Assembly (NCBI RefSeq): GCF_044704955.1
Contig: NC_091985.1
Coordinates: forward strand, 215,326,001-215,390,000
Length of the DNA stretch: 64,000 nt
Direction: 5' to 3'
Source of the DNA: Pristiophorus japonicus
Lineage: Eukaryota
A program made the translations under genes and the position numbers. This document shows, in pieces, positions 25,707 through 39,511 of the stretch (the stretch's first letter is position 1; every line of letters starts with the position of its first letter). The notes under the pieces were generated by a model. It was not told the DNA's origin. It saw only the letters and a program-made list of their open reading frames with translations, and searched no databases.

Positions 25707-26301
25707 TTGAAGAGTGCTTCAGACAGACACTTGGTGCTCAGAATACCCCGTTCCCCAGCACTGACATCCATCACCTCCATGAGAATATAATTTAACTGTA
25801 ACTAAAAGATAAGAGAAACCCATCAGTTCCTCCTCCGGACACAGATCCAGAGGGACAGTGAGTGTCCCGAACATTGTTGTACAGTGTGCTCGATAGTTCC
25901 TCCCTGGGTCTAAGCCTTTTGGTGATGATTTGAATTTGATGCCCTCGAGTTACTGACTCGCCGACTGGTGGAAATAGTTTATCCTCATTTACCTGATCAA
26001 ATTCTGACCACTTCCTTCAGATCTCCAATTACCCTTTGTTCTAATGAAAAGAGACCCAGTTTCTCCAATCTCCCCTGATAACTAAAGGCTCTTGTCCCTG
26101 GTATCATCTCAGTGAATCTCTCTGCACCCTCTCCATGGCCTCGACATCCTTCCTGGTGTAAGATCCCCAAGACCTGACACAATATTCGAACTGCATCCTA
26201 ACCAATGATTTGTACAGGTTTACATCGAAACATAGAAATTAGGTGCAGGAGTAGGCCATTTGGCCCCTCGAGCCTGCACCACCATTCAATAAGATCATGG
26301 C

Positions 26302-27300
26302 NNNNNNNNNNNNNNNNNNNNNNNNNNNNNNNNNNNNNNNNNNNNNNNNNNNNNNNNNNNNNNNNNNNNNNNNNNNNNNNNNNNNNNNNNNNNNNNNNNN
26401 NNNNNNNNNNNNNNNNNNNNNNNNNNNNNNNNNNNNNNNNNNNNNNNNNNNNNNNNNNNNNNNNNNNNNNNNNNNNNNNNNNNNNNNNNNNNNNNNNNNN
26501 NTCCCCCTCTCTCTCTCCTTCTCCCCCTCTCTCTCTCTTCTCCCCCTCTCTCTCTCTTCTCCCCCCTCTCTCTCTCTTTCTCCCCCTCTCTCTCTCTTCT
26601 CCCCCTCTCTCTCTCTTCTCCCCCTCTCTCTCTCTCTTCTCCCCCTCTCTCTCTCTTCTCCCTCTCTCTCTCTCTCATCTCCCCTCTCTCTCTCTTCTCC
26701 CCCCCCCTCCCTCCTTCTCCCCCCCTCCCTCCTTCTCCCCCCCCCTCCTCCTTCTCCCCTCTCCCCTTTCTCTCTCTCCCCCCCCTTTCTCTCCCCCCCC
26801 CCTTTCTCTCTCCCCCCCCTTTCTCTCTCCTCCCCCTTTCTCTCTCCCCCCCTTTCTCTCTCCCCCCCCTTTCNNNNNNNNNNNNNNNNNNNNNNNNNNN
26901 NNNNNNNNNNNNNNNNNNNNNNNNNNNNNNNNNNNNNNNNNNNNNNNNNNNNNNNNNNNNNNNNNNNNNNNNNNNNNNNNNNNNNNNNNNNNNNNNNNNN
27001 NNNNNNNNNNNNNNNNNNNNNNNNNNNNNNNNNNNNNNNNNNNNNNNNNNNNNNNNNNNNNNNNNNNNNNNNNNNNNNNNNNNNNNNNNNNNNNNNNNNN
27101 NNNNNNNNNNNNNNNNNNCTCTCCCCCCCCCTTTCTCTCTCCCCCCCCCTTTCTCTCCCCCCCCCCTTTCTCTCTCCCCCCCCCTTTCTCTCTCCCCCCC
27201 CCTTTCTCTCTCCCCCCCCTTTCTCTCTCCCCCCCCCTTTCTCTCCTTCCCCACCCCCCCCTTTCTCTCCCCCCCATCCTTCTCTTCCCCCCCCCCCTTC
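26302..27300. repeat. Polypyrimidine CT-rich low-complexity tract with two assembly gaps (N 26302-26501 and 26874-27118)
   Basis: Directly visible. Confidence 0.95.
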
Positions 27301-27304
27301 CTCG

Positions 27305-27884
27305 CTGTCAGAAACACAGAAACAGACAGAGAGATAGAGACACACTGGGGGAGCCCCGTCGCAGCACGCTGTTGGAGGGCTCCCAGTGCTGCAGTCGGTA
27401 AGTAGAAAATGTTTTTTTTTATTGATTTTTAAATTTTGTTTATTTTTTATTTTTTTTTGATTGATTTATTGGTTGATTTATTGATGTATTTATCATTTAT
27501 TATTGATGATGGCTCTTTATTTGTAAAACTGAAGTGTTTAATGTTTGTAAATTTCCCTTTAAACCCCCCCTCCCATTCCCTACGCCTGATTTGTAACCTA
27601 CGCCTGATTTTCTAAGTGTAGACAAGGTTTTTCTGAGCGTACCAAAATCTACACTTACTCCAAACTACCTTAGAATGGAGTAAGTTTTCACTGCCTAAAC
27701 TTTCAAAACGGGCGTAAGTGGCCGGACACGCCCCCTTTTGAAAAAAAAATCTGTTCCAAACTGAAACTGTTCTAACTGACTAGAACTGGAGCAAACTAAA
27801 TGCCGAGAATTGCAATTTCTAAGATACCCCATTCTAAACCAGTTCTGCAAAAAAACAGGAGCAACTCAGGCCAAAACTTGGCCT
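27305..27884. mobile_element. End of an interspersed repeat, probably a non-autonomous DNA transposon
   Basis: About 290 bp (27597-27882) is highly similar to 62627-62904; both end GGAGCAACTCAGGCCAAAACTTG. The class is inferred. Confidence 0.55.
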
Positions 27885-28584
27885 CAAGTGTCTACATTGA
27901 AATCGATTTGACGCAGTTTTGCCCATTAACTTAATCTATCGCTATCCCTTTGTAATTTGATGCTTTCAACTACACTGCCTGCAATGCCGGCTATCTTTTG
28001 TGTCAGCGGCAAATTTCGATATATGTCTTTCTATGCCATCAACTAAGTCATTAATAAATACTGAGGATAGTTGAAGCCCCAAAATAGATCCCTGTGGGAC
28101 ACCACATCCTGCCAACTTGAGAACCAACCTTTGTCCCTACCCTCTGTCTCCTACAGCTCAGTCAATTTCCTAACCAGGTCAATAATTTGCAATGAATTCC
28201 TACTATCACCAAATTCTCCCACCCTGCTTGCGATCCACTTATCTGTGATGTTCCAAGAAAAAGCTAAATTCCAATCTGGTGATTATTTACCTTATTCACC
28301 GAATACCTACCAGTGAATTCGTACTATCACCAAATGAATCCACTCGGCTTATGTGAACGATCCAGTGATGGATTCCCACCAGCCCGAGCTCTCTCTCTAA
28401 ATCTACTGGGCCTTGTTTTTCATTATTTTTGACAGCCTGTGTCTGTTTTTGAAGCAGTTTGGTTATTTTGTGCATTTATCTGAAACTTTTGAATAACTGG
28501 CAAGAGATTCGTACTGATCTGCTGAGTGTATTTCCAGAGGACGCCTATGCCGTGAGGGAGCAGGGTTCATAGCCAGGTTAAAAT

Positions 28585-28890
28585 AGAATAAACCCAAACT
28601 CACATTCCAGTGATTGACAGGTACAGAAAAAAATCTACACACTCATATTAGAAACTGACAGGTACAGAGTAAAATGCACACTTTCACAACATAGACTGAC
28701 AGGTACAGAATAAAACCCACATTCCCATAGCAGAGACTGACAGGTACAGAATAAAACCCACACCCAGTTATCAGAACAATAATATGCAGCAAATAAAACC
28801 CATAGTCCCCTATCAGAAATGACAGGGGCACACTCACACACACCAGAGACTGACGGAAAGAGTAAAACTCTCGAGGAAATCCCACTCCAG
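28585..28890. repeat. Diverged 41-bp tandem array (CACACTCACATACCAGAAACTGACAGGTACAGAATAAAACC)
   Basis: Recurrent ACTGACAGGTACAGA cores at about 41-bp spacing. Confidence 0.8.
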
Positions 28891-29029
28891 TGTCCGGCGC
28901 ACCGAATCATTTTGTTGGTAATTCGGATTATAATTAAAATCCTCTCAATGTGACCTATTTAATTAGAGATAAAATCAACTTATGAAACAATCCATTTTTG
29001 TGAATTTAATTTGTGACAAAAAGATGGTC

Positions 29030-31015
29030 TGAGCATGCGCTAAATACATGCTGCTCCTCCCCTCCCCACACAGTGTTTAAACCGACAAGCAGGGCCCAGG
29101 CAAGCTCCGCTCCTCCAGCTCTGTCAGCGGCTGCCGTTTACTCTGTGCTGGGCTGATGATCGTTGAACACATCAGAGAGCGGAGATATCCCGGGCCCAAG
29201 TAAGGGAGCAAACAGCAGCCTCCTTACAGCAGCTCATCACATTGGGACTGTGTCCACAGATGGCCTTTGAGTCGGGGTAAGTGCAGCGGCAGTCGGGGGC
29301 TGTCTGTAATAGGTGGAGTGGAGCAGGAACTAGTTCCGGAACATGGAGTGAGTGGGGGAAGGGAGAGGCCATTCTCGGGCTGTGTGTGTACGGTGTAAGG
29401 TAACAGAGAAAGTAAACCACCTCGCACTTTCAAATCAGTGCTGCTTTCTTTCCCCAAATCAGTAATGAATGTTCCTGATTCAGTTCCAATCTCACAGTGT
29501 CTGTTGTTCTGGGACATTGAACAGTGGAAACACAGCCTGAGAGTGAGGATGTGAGGAGTGTCACAAAGTGCATCTATTGCAGGCACCAGGAGAGGAGTGT
29601 GACAGGAGACATTTCAATAATCGGTTATTTTGTTTCGGTGCGTTGAATTCTCTAGAACCGTGTTGCTGGTGATCGAGAGATACATTGTCGCTCCCTCAGA
29701 TACATCTGTGACATTCTGTTAACTGTACAGGCTCTCAGCTCTGTTTCATTAGACTGAAAACAATTGTTGTACAGCCCAGATACCTGTGGTTATATTCCAG
29801 GAAGCGATTCAGAACTTTACAGATTGTCCCATGGAAGTGGGAGATATAAACCTGGACTCTGCCAATCGGGTGTTCCCATTCATGGACCAGTGCTGGGTTT
29901 GGGTTGTGTCTGGATGCTGATAACTTACTATAGAACCGTCTGACACAGCTGGTGTGGGGAATCTGATCACTCGCCACACCTCCGCCACAACCGTCCCGCT
30001 CCTCTGCTCATGGTCGTGGCGGAGGTGTGGTGAGTGATCGAGGCGGAGGGGCATTGAGGGATCGTGGCTGAGATTCGGTGGGTGATCGTGGCGGAGGTTC
30101 GGCGAATGTTTGGTGTGGATGTGCGGTGGGCGATCATGACGGAGGTGCGGCAAGTGTTTTATGGCGGAGGAGCGGCGAGAGATCGTGGCGGAGGTTCGGC
30201 AAATGTTTGTAATGGATGTGCGGTGGGAGATCATGGCGGAGGTGCGGCGAATGTTTGTGGCGGAGGAGCGGCGAGAGATTGTGACGGAGGTGCGGTGAAT
30301 GAGGGTACAGGGCCCAGAAGAGCCGAGGGCCCAGGAGCAGCACAGGCCAGCCCACACTGGGTCTGTGCGCACTAGGTCTGTGCAGCCGAGCAGGTCTCCA
30401 GTCCTGGTCAACCCTTGCCACTGGATAAAGGCCGAGCTCTGTCAAGCCCGTGTGGTGGCTGATGTGTAATGGTCACCACACGTTTAAAAAATCCACGCAC
30501 AGGCATCTTCCACCCTTTCAATTGGAGTTCAGGACTGGAATATCAGGTCCTTCATTGAAACATCTGAACTCACGTGGAAGCAAGTCATCCTGGTTCGAGG
30601 GACCGCCTATGATGATGATGATGATGAGAGAATCTGAGTGCCGCTGTACTGCAGTGAGGTCAGACAATGTCACTGTTTGTATCGCGCATTCCTCTCTCCA
30701 GATACTTTACTTTGTGATAAAAATACACAGTAATTATAACTATTGTTATAGTCTATGGGCACCTGTCCATGACTTGTACCTAATATTTTTCTCATTATTA
30801 TTCTCAGAGCAAAATACTTCACCCCCAGAATAAATGTGATCCTTCCGCCACCTGGAACACAAGGAACAGTGCAGGCAGCTCCTTCTCACACACAGTAAGT
30901 ACATTATCACTCACAGAGGCACAGAACTGATCTCAATCATATTGTCACAGGTAGCAGAAGCTGTCAGTCCCACAGTGATCCGAATCCCAGAGTTACATTA
31001 TGACTCCCACTGTCA
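29030..31015 (+). other. Triplicated unannotated module, copy A
   Basis: Colinear similarity to 39900-41220 and 58050-59090. Confidence 0.75.
29967..30629 (+). mobile_element. Non-autonomous RTE-related retroposon with a (GAT)n tail
   Basis: Absent from module copy B. Target-site duplication (TSD) GAATCTGA at 29959-29966 and 30630-30637. The 3' end GCAAGTCATCCT...GCCTATGATGATG resembles the RTE end at 21494-21536. Confidence 0.75.
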
Positions 31016-31307
31016 CTTGGAACAGTACAATAAGATGATGTTTCAAAGTCCAAACATATCGCTCTGAGAGGCAGATCCATTTTCACTCCCTTACTCACAC
31101 ACAAGGACTGACTGACACGGTGTCAATCCACACTGATGTCTGTACACTGACTCTCAAACGCAGCAACTAACATACAAGAGCAGAGAAACGGAGGTAATGG
31201 ACTGAACCAAACCTCCTCCTGAGACAATCGCGGATAATCTCAAACTAACATAGGCCTAAAGAAGGAACAGAATCCAACAGTCACACAGAGCAAGAATAGC
31301 ACAGTAC

Positions 31308-34143
31308 AGTGCAAATAGATGTTAACAAATATGATGTGATTGGGATTACGGAGATGTGGCTCCAGGATTATCAGGGCTGGGAACTCAACATCCAGGGGTA
31401 GTCAACATTCAGGAAAGATAGAATAAAAGGAAAAGGAGGTGGGGTAGCATTGCTGGCTAAGGAGGAAATTAAGGCAATAGTTCAGAAGGACATTAGCTTG
31501 GATGATGTGGAATCTATATGGGTAGAGCTGCAGAATACCAAAGGGCAAAAAACGTTAGTGGGAGTTGTGTACAGACCTCCAAACAGTAGTAGTGATGTTT
31601 GGGAGGGCATCAAACATGAAATTAGGGGTGCGTGCAATAAAGGTGCAGCAGTTATAATGGGTGACTTTAATATGCACATAGATTGGGTTAACCAAACTGG
31701 AAGCAATACGGTGGAGGAGGATTTCCTGGAGTGCATAAGGGATGGATTTTTAGACCAATATGTCGAGGAACCAACTAGGGGGGAGGCCATCTTAGACTGG
31801 GTGTTGTGTAATGAGAGAGGATTAATTAGCAATCTCGTGTGAGACCCCTTGGGGAAGAGTGACCATAATATGGTGGAATTCTGCATTAGGATGGAGAATG
31901 AAACAGTTAATTCAGAGACCATGGTCCAGAACTTAAAGAAGGGTAACTTTGAAGGTATGAGGCGTGAATTGGCTAGGATAGATTGGCGAATGATACTGAA
32001 GGGGTTGACTGTGGATGGGCAATGGCAGACATTTAGAGACCGCATGGATGAACTACAACAATTGTACATTCCTGTCTGGCGTAAAAATAAAAAAGGGAAG
32101 GTGGCTCAACCGTGGCTATCAAGGGAAATCAGGGATAGTATTAAAGCCAAGGAAGTGGCATACAAATTGGCCAGAAATAGCAGCGAACCCGGGGACTGGG
32201 AGAAATTTAGAACTCAGCAGAGGAGGACAAAGGGTTTGATTAGGGCAGGGAAAATGGAGTACGAGAAGAAGCTTGCAGGGAACATTAAGACGGATTACAA
32301 AAGTTTCTATAGATATGTAAAGAGAAAAAGGTTAGTAAAGACAAACGTAGGTCCCCTGCAGTCAGAATCAGGGGAAGTCATAACGGGGAACAAAGAAATG
32401 GCGGACCAATTGAACAAGTACTTTGGTTCGGTATTCACTGAGGAGGACACAAACAACCTTCCGGATATAAAAGGGGTCGGAGGGTCTAGAAAGGAGGAGG
32501 AACTGAGGGAAATCCTTATTAGTCAGGAAATTGTTTGGGGAAATTGATGGGATTGAAGACCGATAAATCCCCAGGGTCTGATGGCCTGCATCCCAGAGTA
32601 CTTAAGGAGGTGGCCTTGGAAATAGTGGATGCATTGACAGTCATTTTCCAACATTCCATTGACTCTGGATCAGTTCCTATGGAGTGGAGGGTAGCCAATG
32701 TAACCCCACTTTTTAAAAAAAGGAGGGAGAGAGATAACACGGAATTATAGACCAGTCAGCCTGACATCGGTAGTGGGTAAAATGATGGAATCAATTATTA
32801 AGGATGTCTTAGCAGTGCATTTGGAAAGAGGTGACATGATAGGTCCAAGTCAGCATGGATTTGTGAAAGAGAAATCATGCTTGACAAATCTTCTGGAATT
32901 TTTTGAGGATGTTTCCAGTAGAGTGGACAAGGGAGAACCAGTTGATGTGGTATATTTGGACTTTCAGAAGGTTTTCGACAAGGTCCCACACAAGAGATTA
33001 ATGTGCAAAGTTAAAGCATGGGATTGGGGGTAGTGTGCTGACATGGATTGAGAACTGGTTGTCAGACAGGAAGCAAAGAGTACGAGTAAATGGGGACTTT
33101 TCAGAATGGCAGGCAGTGACTAGTGGGGTACCGCAAGGTTCTGTGCTGGGGCCCCAGCTGTTACACTGTACATTAATGATTTAGACGATGGGATTAAATG
33201 TAGTATCTCCAAATTTGCGGATGACACTAAGTTGGGTGGCAGTGTGAGCTGCGAGGAGGATGCTATGAGGCTGCAGAGCGACTTGGATAGGTTAGGTGAG
33301 TGGGCAAATGCATGGCAGATGAAGTATAATGTGGATAACTGTGAGGTTATCCACTTTGGTGGTAAAAACAGAGAGACAGACTATTATCTGAATGGTGACA
33401 GATTAGGAAAAGGGGAGGTGCAACGAGACCTGGGTGTCATGGTACATCAGTCATTGAAGGTTGGCATGCAGGTACAGCAGGCGGTTAAGAAAGCAAATAG
33501 CATGTTGGCCTTCATAGCGAGGGGATTTGAGTACAGGGGCAGGGAGGTGTTGCTACAGTTGTACAGGGCCTTGGTGAGGCCACACCTGGAGTATTGTGTA
33601 CAGTTGTGGTCTCCTAACTTGAGGAAGGACATTCTTGCTATTGAGGGAGTGCAGCGAAGGTTCACCAGACTGATTCCCGGGATGGCGGGACTGACCCATC
33701 AAGAAAGACTGGATCAACTGGGCTTGTATTCACTGGAGTTCAGAAGAATGAGAGGGGACTTCATAGAAACGTTTAAAATTCTGACGGGGTTAGACAGGTT
33801 AGATGCAGGAAGAATGTTCCCAATGTTGGGGAAGTCCAGAACCAGGGGACACAGTCTAAGGATAAGGGGTAAGCCATTTAGGACCGAGATGAGGAGGAAT
33901 TTCTTCACCCAGAGAGTGGTGAACCTGTGGAATTCTCTACCACAGAAAGTTGTTGAGGCCAATTCACTAAATATATTCAAAAAGGAGTTAGATGAAGTCC
34001 TTACTACTAGGGGAATCAAGAGGTATGGTGAGAAAGAAGGAATGGGGTACTGAAGTTGCATGTTCAGCCATGAACTCATTGAATGGCGGTGCAGGCTAGA
34101 AGGGCCGAATGGCCTACTCCTGCACCTATTTTCTATGTTTCTA
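31308..34143 (+). mobile_element. 5'-truncated young CR1 with frameshifts
   Basis: ORF2 fragments 31450-34053, nearly identical to the 9.6-12.4 kb copy, and a CR1 tail. Confidence 0.95.
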
Positions 34144-34144
34144 A

Positions 34145-35124
34145 GAGACTGTCAATTACATAATGAATCTCACACTCACACACATCACTAGTCTAACAGA
34201 TACATAATCAATCTCACACTCTCAAACAGTAACAGAAACTGACAGTTACAGAATGAACCCCATACCCACAAACAGTGCCAGGGACTGAGAGACACAGAAT
34301 GGACCCCACACCCACAAACAGTGCTAGAGACTGAGACACACATAATGATACATACACTCGGGTACAGTGAATGACAGATTGCGATTGAATCACAATCACA
34401 TATGGTAACAGACTGACTGACTGGCAGATCTAGGTTAAAATCCACACACACCTATTGGAAAGTGACTGGTGCAGAGTAAAATGGATATTCACATAACTTT
34501 TATTCTGAATCCTTCAGCTTTTGTTAACACATCCTGTAAACCAATAGATACAGAATAAAATGTACACTTGCATCCCAGAGTCAGACAGCTATAAAGTAAA
34601 ACACACACTCACATACCAGAGACTGGAAGATATGACTAATATCCACACTCCGGTACAAGAAACTGGCAGGTACTGATTAAAATACACAATCACATCCTGG
34701 AAACTAACGGTTGGAGTGTAACAACAAGACAAATACCAGAAATTGACAGGTAAAGATTAAAACCAAACTCACATTCCAAAAACTGACAGATACAGAGTAA
34801 AGCCCACACTCTCACCATAGAGTGACACATACAGTCTATGACACACTCACACATAAGAAAATGACAGCTACAGAGTCAAACCCACATTCACATCCCAGAG
34901 AGTGACAGCTACAGAGCAAAATCAACAGCCACATAAAAGATACTGATCGATGCAGAGTCAAACAAACACACGCTCACGTACCACAACCTAACAGGTACAG
35001 ATTAAAACAGACTCACATATCAGAAACTGACAGATACAGCACAAAAGCAGCACTATCACAGCAGATACTGACAGGTACAGATTAAAACCCCTATTCATAT
35101 ACTAGAAACTAACAGGTACAAAAT
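34145..35124. repeat. Diverged 41-bp tandem array
   Basis: Same consensus as the 28.6 kb array. Confidence 0.8.
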
Positions 35125-37556
35125 AGGATTTCCTGGAATGCATAAGGGATGGTTTTCTAGACCAATATGTCGAGGAACCAACTAGGGGGGAGGCCATCTT
35201 AGACTGGGTGTTGTGTAATGAGAGAGGATTAATTAGCAATCTCATTGTGCGAGGCCCCTTGGGGAAGAGTGACCATAATATGGTGGAATTCTGCATTAGG
35301 ATGGAGAATGAAACAGTTAATTCAGAGACCATGGTCCAGAACTTAAAGAAGGGTAACTTTGAAGGTATGAGGCATGAATTGGCTAAGATAGATTGGCTAA
35401 TGATACTTAAGGGGTTGACTGTGGATGGGCAATGGCAGACATTTAGAGAACGCATGGATGAATTACAACAATTGTACATTCCTGTCTGGCGTAAAAATAA
35501 AAAAGGGAAGGTGGCTCAACCGTGGCTATCTAGGGAAATCAGGGATAGTATTAAAGCCAAGGAAGTGGCATACAAATTGGCCAGAAATAGCAGTGAACCT
35601 GGGGACTGGGAGAAATTTAGAACTCAGCAGAGGAGGACAAAGGGTTTGATTAGGGTAGGGAAAATGGAGTACGAGAAGAAGCTTGCAGGGAACATTAAGG
35701 CGGATTGCAAAAGTTTCTATAGGTATGTAAAGAGAAAGAGGTTAGTAAAGACAAACGTAGGTCCCCTGCAGTCAGAATCAGGGGAAGTCATAACGGGGAA
35801 CAAAGAAATGGCAGACCAATTGAACAAGTACTTTGGTTCAGTATTCACTAAGGAGGACACAAACAACCTTCCGGATATAAAAGTGGTCAGAGGGTCTATT
35901 AAGGAGGAGGAACTGAGGGAAATCTTTATTAGTCGGGAAATTGTGTTGGGGAAATTGATGGGATTGAGGGCCGATAAATCCCCAGGGCCTGATGGACTGC
36001 ATCCCAGAGTACTTAAGGAGGTGGCCTTGGAAATAGCGGACGCATTGACAGTCATTTTCCAACATTCCATTGACTCTGGATCAGTTCCTATCGAGTGGAG
36101 GGTAGCCAATGTAACCCCACTTTTTAAAAAAGGAGGGAGAGAGAAAGCAGGGAATTATAGACCGGTCAGCCTGACCTCAGTAGTGGGTAAAATGATGGAA
36201 TCAATTATTAAGGATGTCATAGCAGCGCATTTGGAAAATGGTGACATGATAGGTCCAAGTCAGCATGGATTTGTAAAAGGGAGATCATGCTTGACAAATC
36301 TTCTGGAATTTTTTGAGGATGTTTCCAATAAAGTGGACAAAGGAGTACCAGTTGATGTGGTATATTTGGACTTTCAGAAGGCTTTCGACAAGGTCCCACA
36401 CAGGAGATTAATGTGCAAAGTTAAAGCACATGGGATTGGGGGTAGTGTGCTGACGTGGATTGAGAACTGGTTGTCAGACAGGAAGCAAAGAGTAGGAGTA
36501 AATGGGTACTTTTCGGAATGGCAGGCAGTGACTAGTGGGGTACCGCAGGGTTCTGTGCTGGGGCCCCAGCTGTTTACATTGTACATTAATGATTTAGACG
36601 AGGGGATTAAATGTAGTATCTCCAAATTTGCGGATGACACTAAGTTGGGTGGCAGTGTGAGCTGCGAGGAGGATGCTATGAGGCTACAGAGTGACTTGGA
36701 TAGGTTAGGTGAGTGGGCAAATGCGTGGCAGATGAAGTATAATGTGGATAAATGTGAGGTTATCCACTTTGGTGGTAAAAACAGAGAGACAGACTATTAT
36801 CTGAATGGTGACAGATTAGGAAAAGGGAAGGTGCAACGAGACCTGGGTGTCATGGTACATCAGTCATTGAAGGTTGGCATGCAGGTACAGCAGGCGGTTA
36901 AGAAAGCAAATGGCATGTTGGCCTTCATAGCGAGGGGATTTGAGTACAGGGGCAGGGAGGTGTTGCTACAGTTGTACAGGGCCTTGGTGAGGCCACACCT
37001 GGAGTATTGTGTACAGTTTTGGTCTCCTAACTTGAGGAAGGACATACTTGCTGTTGAGGGAGTGCAGCGAAGATTCACCAGACTGATTCCCGGGATGGTG
37101 GGACTGACCTATCAAGAAAGACTGAATCAACTGGGCTTGTATTCACTGGAGTTCAGAAGAGTGAGAGGGGACCTCATAGAAACGTTTAAAATTCTGACGG
37201 GTTTGGACAGGTTGGATGCAGGAAGAATGTTCCCAATGTTGGGGAAGTCCAGAACCAGGGGTCACAGTCTAAGAATAAGGGGTAAGCCATTTAGGACCGA
37301 GATAAGGAGAAACTTCTTCACCCAGAGAGTGGTGAACCTGTGGAATTCTCTACCACAGGAAGTAGTTGAGGCCAATTCACTAAATATATTCAAAAGGGAG
37401 TTAGATGAAGTCCTTACTACTCGGGGGATCAAGGGGTATGGCGTGAAAGCAGGAAGTGGGTACTGAAGTTTCATGTTCAGCCATGAACTCGTTGAATGGC
37501 GATGCAGGCTAGAAGGGCTGAATGGCCTGCTCCTGCACCTATTTTCTATGTTTCTA
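35125..37556 (+). mobile_element. 5'-truncated young CR1 inserted in the 41-bp array
   Basis: Uninterrupted 752-aa ORF2 portion (35208-37466) with a complete RT domain; starts within the endonuclease domain. Confidence 0.95.
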
Positions 37557-38494
37557 AAACCCAACTCAGATTTGAGAAAATGAAAGTTACAGAGGACAAC
37601 CCAGACTCACGTCGCAGATATTAACATAGAGTAAAACTCTCACTTTCATCCCAGAGCCTGAATGATAGAAGAAAATCACACTTGCATACCAGAAACTGAC
37701 AGAGTAAAACTCTCACTCTCACATCAGAGACTAACAGATACAGAGTAAAATCTACACTTGCATCACACAGACAGACAACCATAGAGCAAATTCTGTACTC
37801 CCATATCCAAGACTAAGCAATACAGAGTAAAACTTACACTTACATAAAAGACAATGAGAGATACCCACTCTCACATATCATAAACTGACAGATACAGGCT
37901 AAAATCCACACTCGCATATCAGAAACTGGCAGGTTCTGATTAAAGCCCACGTTAACATATCAGAAAATGACAGGTACAGAATAAAACCCCACTCACATAC
38001 CAGAGTCTGAATGATAAAGTGTAAAATCACACTCGCACAGCAGAGAAGGACAGCTATAGAATAAAACCCACACTCACATACCGAAGACTGACTGATAGAG
38101 TAAAACGCACACTCACATCCCAGAGACTGAGAACTACAGAGTTTTACCTACATTCCTATACCGGAAACAGACAGAATCAGAAAGAATTAACACTCACATC
38201 CCAGAAACTGGCAGGTACAGAGGAAAACCCATGTTACAAATTCAGAAAATGACAAGTACAGAATAAATCCCCAATCACATACGAGAAACTGACAGGTGCA
38301 GGGTAATACCTGCATTGACATACCAGAGACCGACAGGTACATAGGAAAATCCACACTCGCATCCTGGAGACAGGCAAAAACAGAGTGGAACTCGCAGTCA
38401 TATTCCAGAAGCTGACATGGTGTATAATAAAACCCACTTTTGCCCACCAAAAACTGAAGAAAGAACAACACTCACGTACCAGATACTGACAGCT
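37557..38494. repeat. Diverged 41-bp tandem array, continuation
   Basis: Same consensus. Confidence 0.8.
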
Positions 38495-39500
38495 ATAAGA
38501 AAATAAGAAATAGCAGGCAGTAAGGCCGCTCGAGCCTGCTCCGCAATTCATAACATTCATGGCTGAACTTCACCCTGAACTCCTGCCTGATACCCATTTC
38601 CCTTGATTCCCTTTGTTCTCTGTCTTGAATATACTCAATGACTGAGCGTCTCAGATCTATGTGTATAGAATTCCAAGGATTCACATCCCTCTGAGTGAAT
38701 ATATTTCTCCTCATCTCAGTCCTAAGTGCCTGATCCCTTATCCTGAGACTATGACACAGTCTAAGGATAAGGGGTAAGCCATTTAGGACCGAGATGAGGA
38801 GGAACTTCTTCACCCAGAGAGTGGTGAACCTGTGGAATTCTCTACCACAGAAAGTTGTTGAGGCTAATTCACTAAATATATTCAAAAACGAGTTAGATGA
38901 AGTCCTTATTACTAGGGGGATCAAGGGGTATGGCGAGAAAGCAGGAATGGGGTACTGAAGTTGCATGTTCAGCCATGAACTCATTGAATGGCGGTGCAGG
39001 CTAGAAGGGCCGAATGGCCTACTCCTGCACCTATTTTCTATGTTTCTATGACCCCCTAGATCGAGACTATCCAGCAAAGGGAAACATCCTCACAGCACCT
39101 ACCCTGTCAAGCCTTCTAAGATTTTTTTTTTAGGTTTCAATGAGCTCAGCTCTCATTCTTCTAAACTCCAGAGTGTATAGGTGCATTTCACTCAATCTCT
39201 CTATCCCAGGATTCAATGTTGCACCCCCTCTAATATCCTTCCTTAGGCACTGAGACCAAAACTGTGCCCAGTAATCCAGGTGTGGTCTCACCAAAGCCCG
39301 ACATAATTGCAGCCACACTTCTTTACTCTTATACTCCAAACCCCTTGTAATAAAGGCCAACATATCCTTTACCTTCCTAATTGCTTGCAGTAGCTGCAAG
39401 TTAACTGTATGTGATTCGTGTACAATGATACTCAAATCCCCCTGAATAACTACATTTACTAGTCTCTCTTCTTTTAAACATTCGGCTTTTCCATTCATAT
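38495..39500 (-). mobile_element. Older CR1 3' part with a nested young CR1 3' end (+, about 38755-39049)
   Basis: ORF 39130-39558 remnant and opposing CR1 tails; TATGAC at both junctions of the nested copy. Confidence 0.8.
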
Positions 39501-39511
39501 AAAATTTAACA

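Noticed and set aside
26205-27401. Long Pro/Ser and Gly/Glu/Arg ORFs
   Set aside because: Artefacts of CT low-complexity sequence and N gaps.
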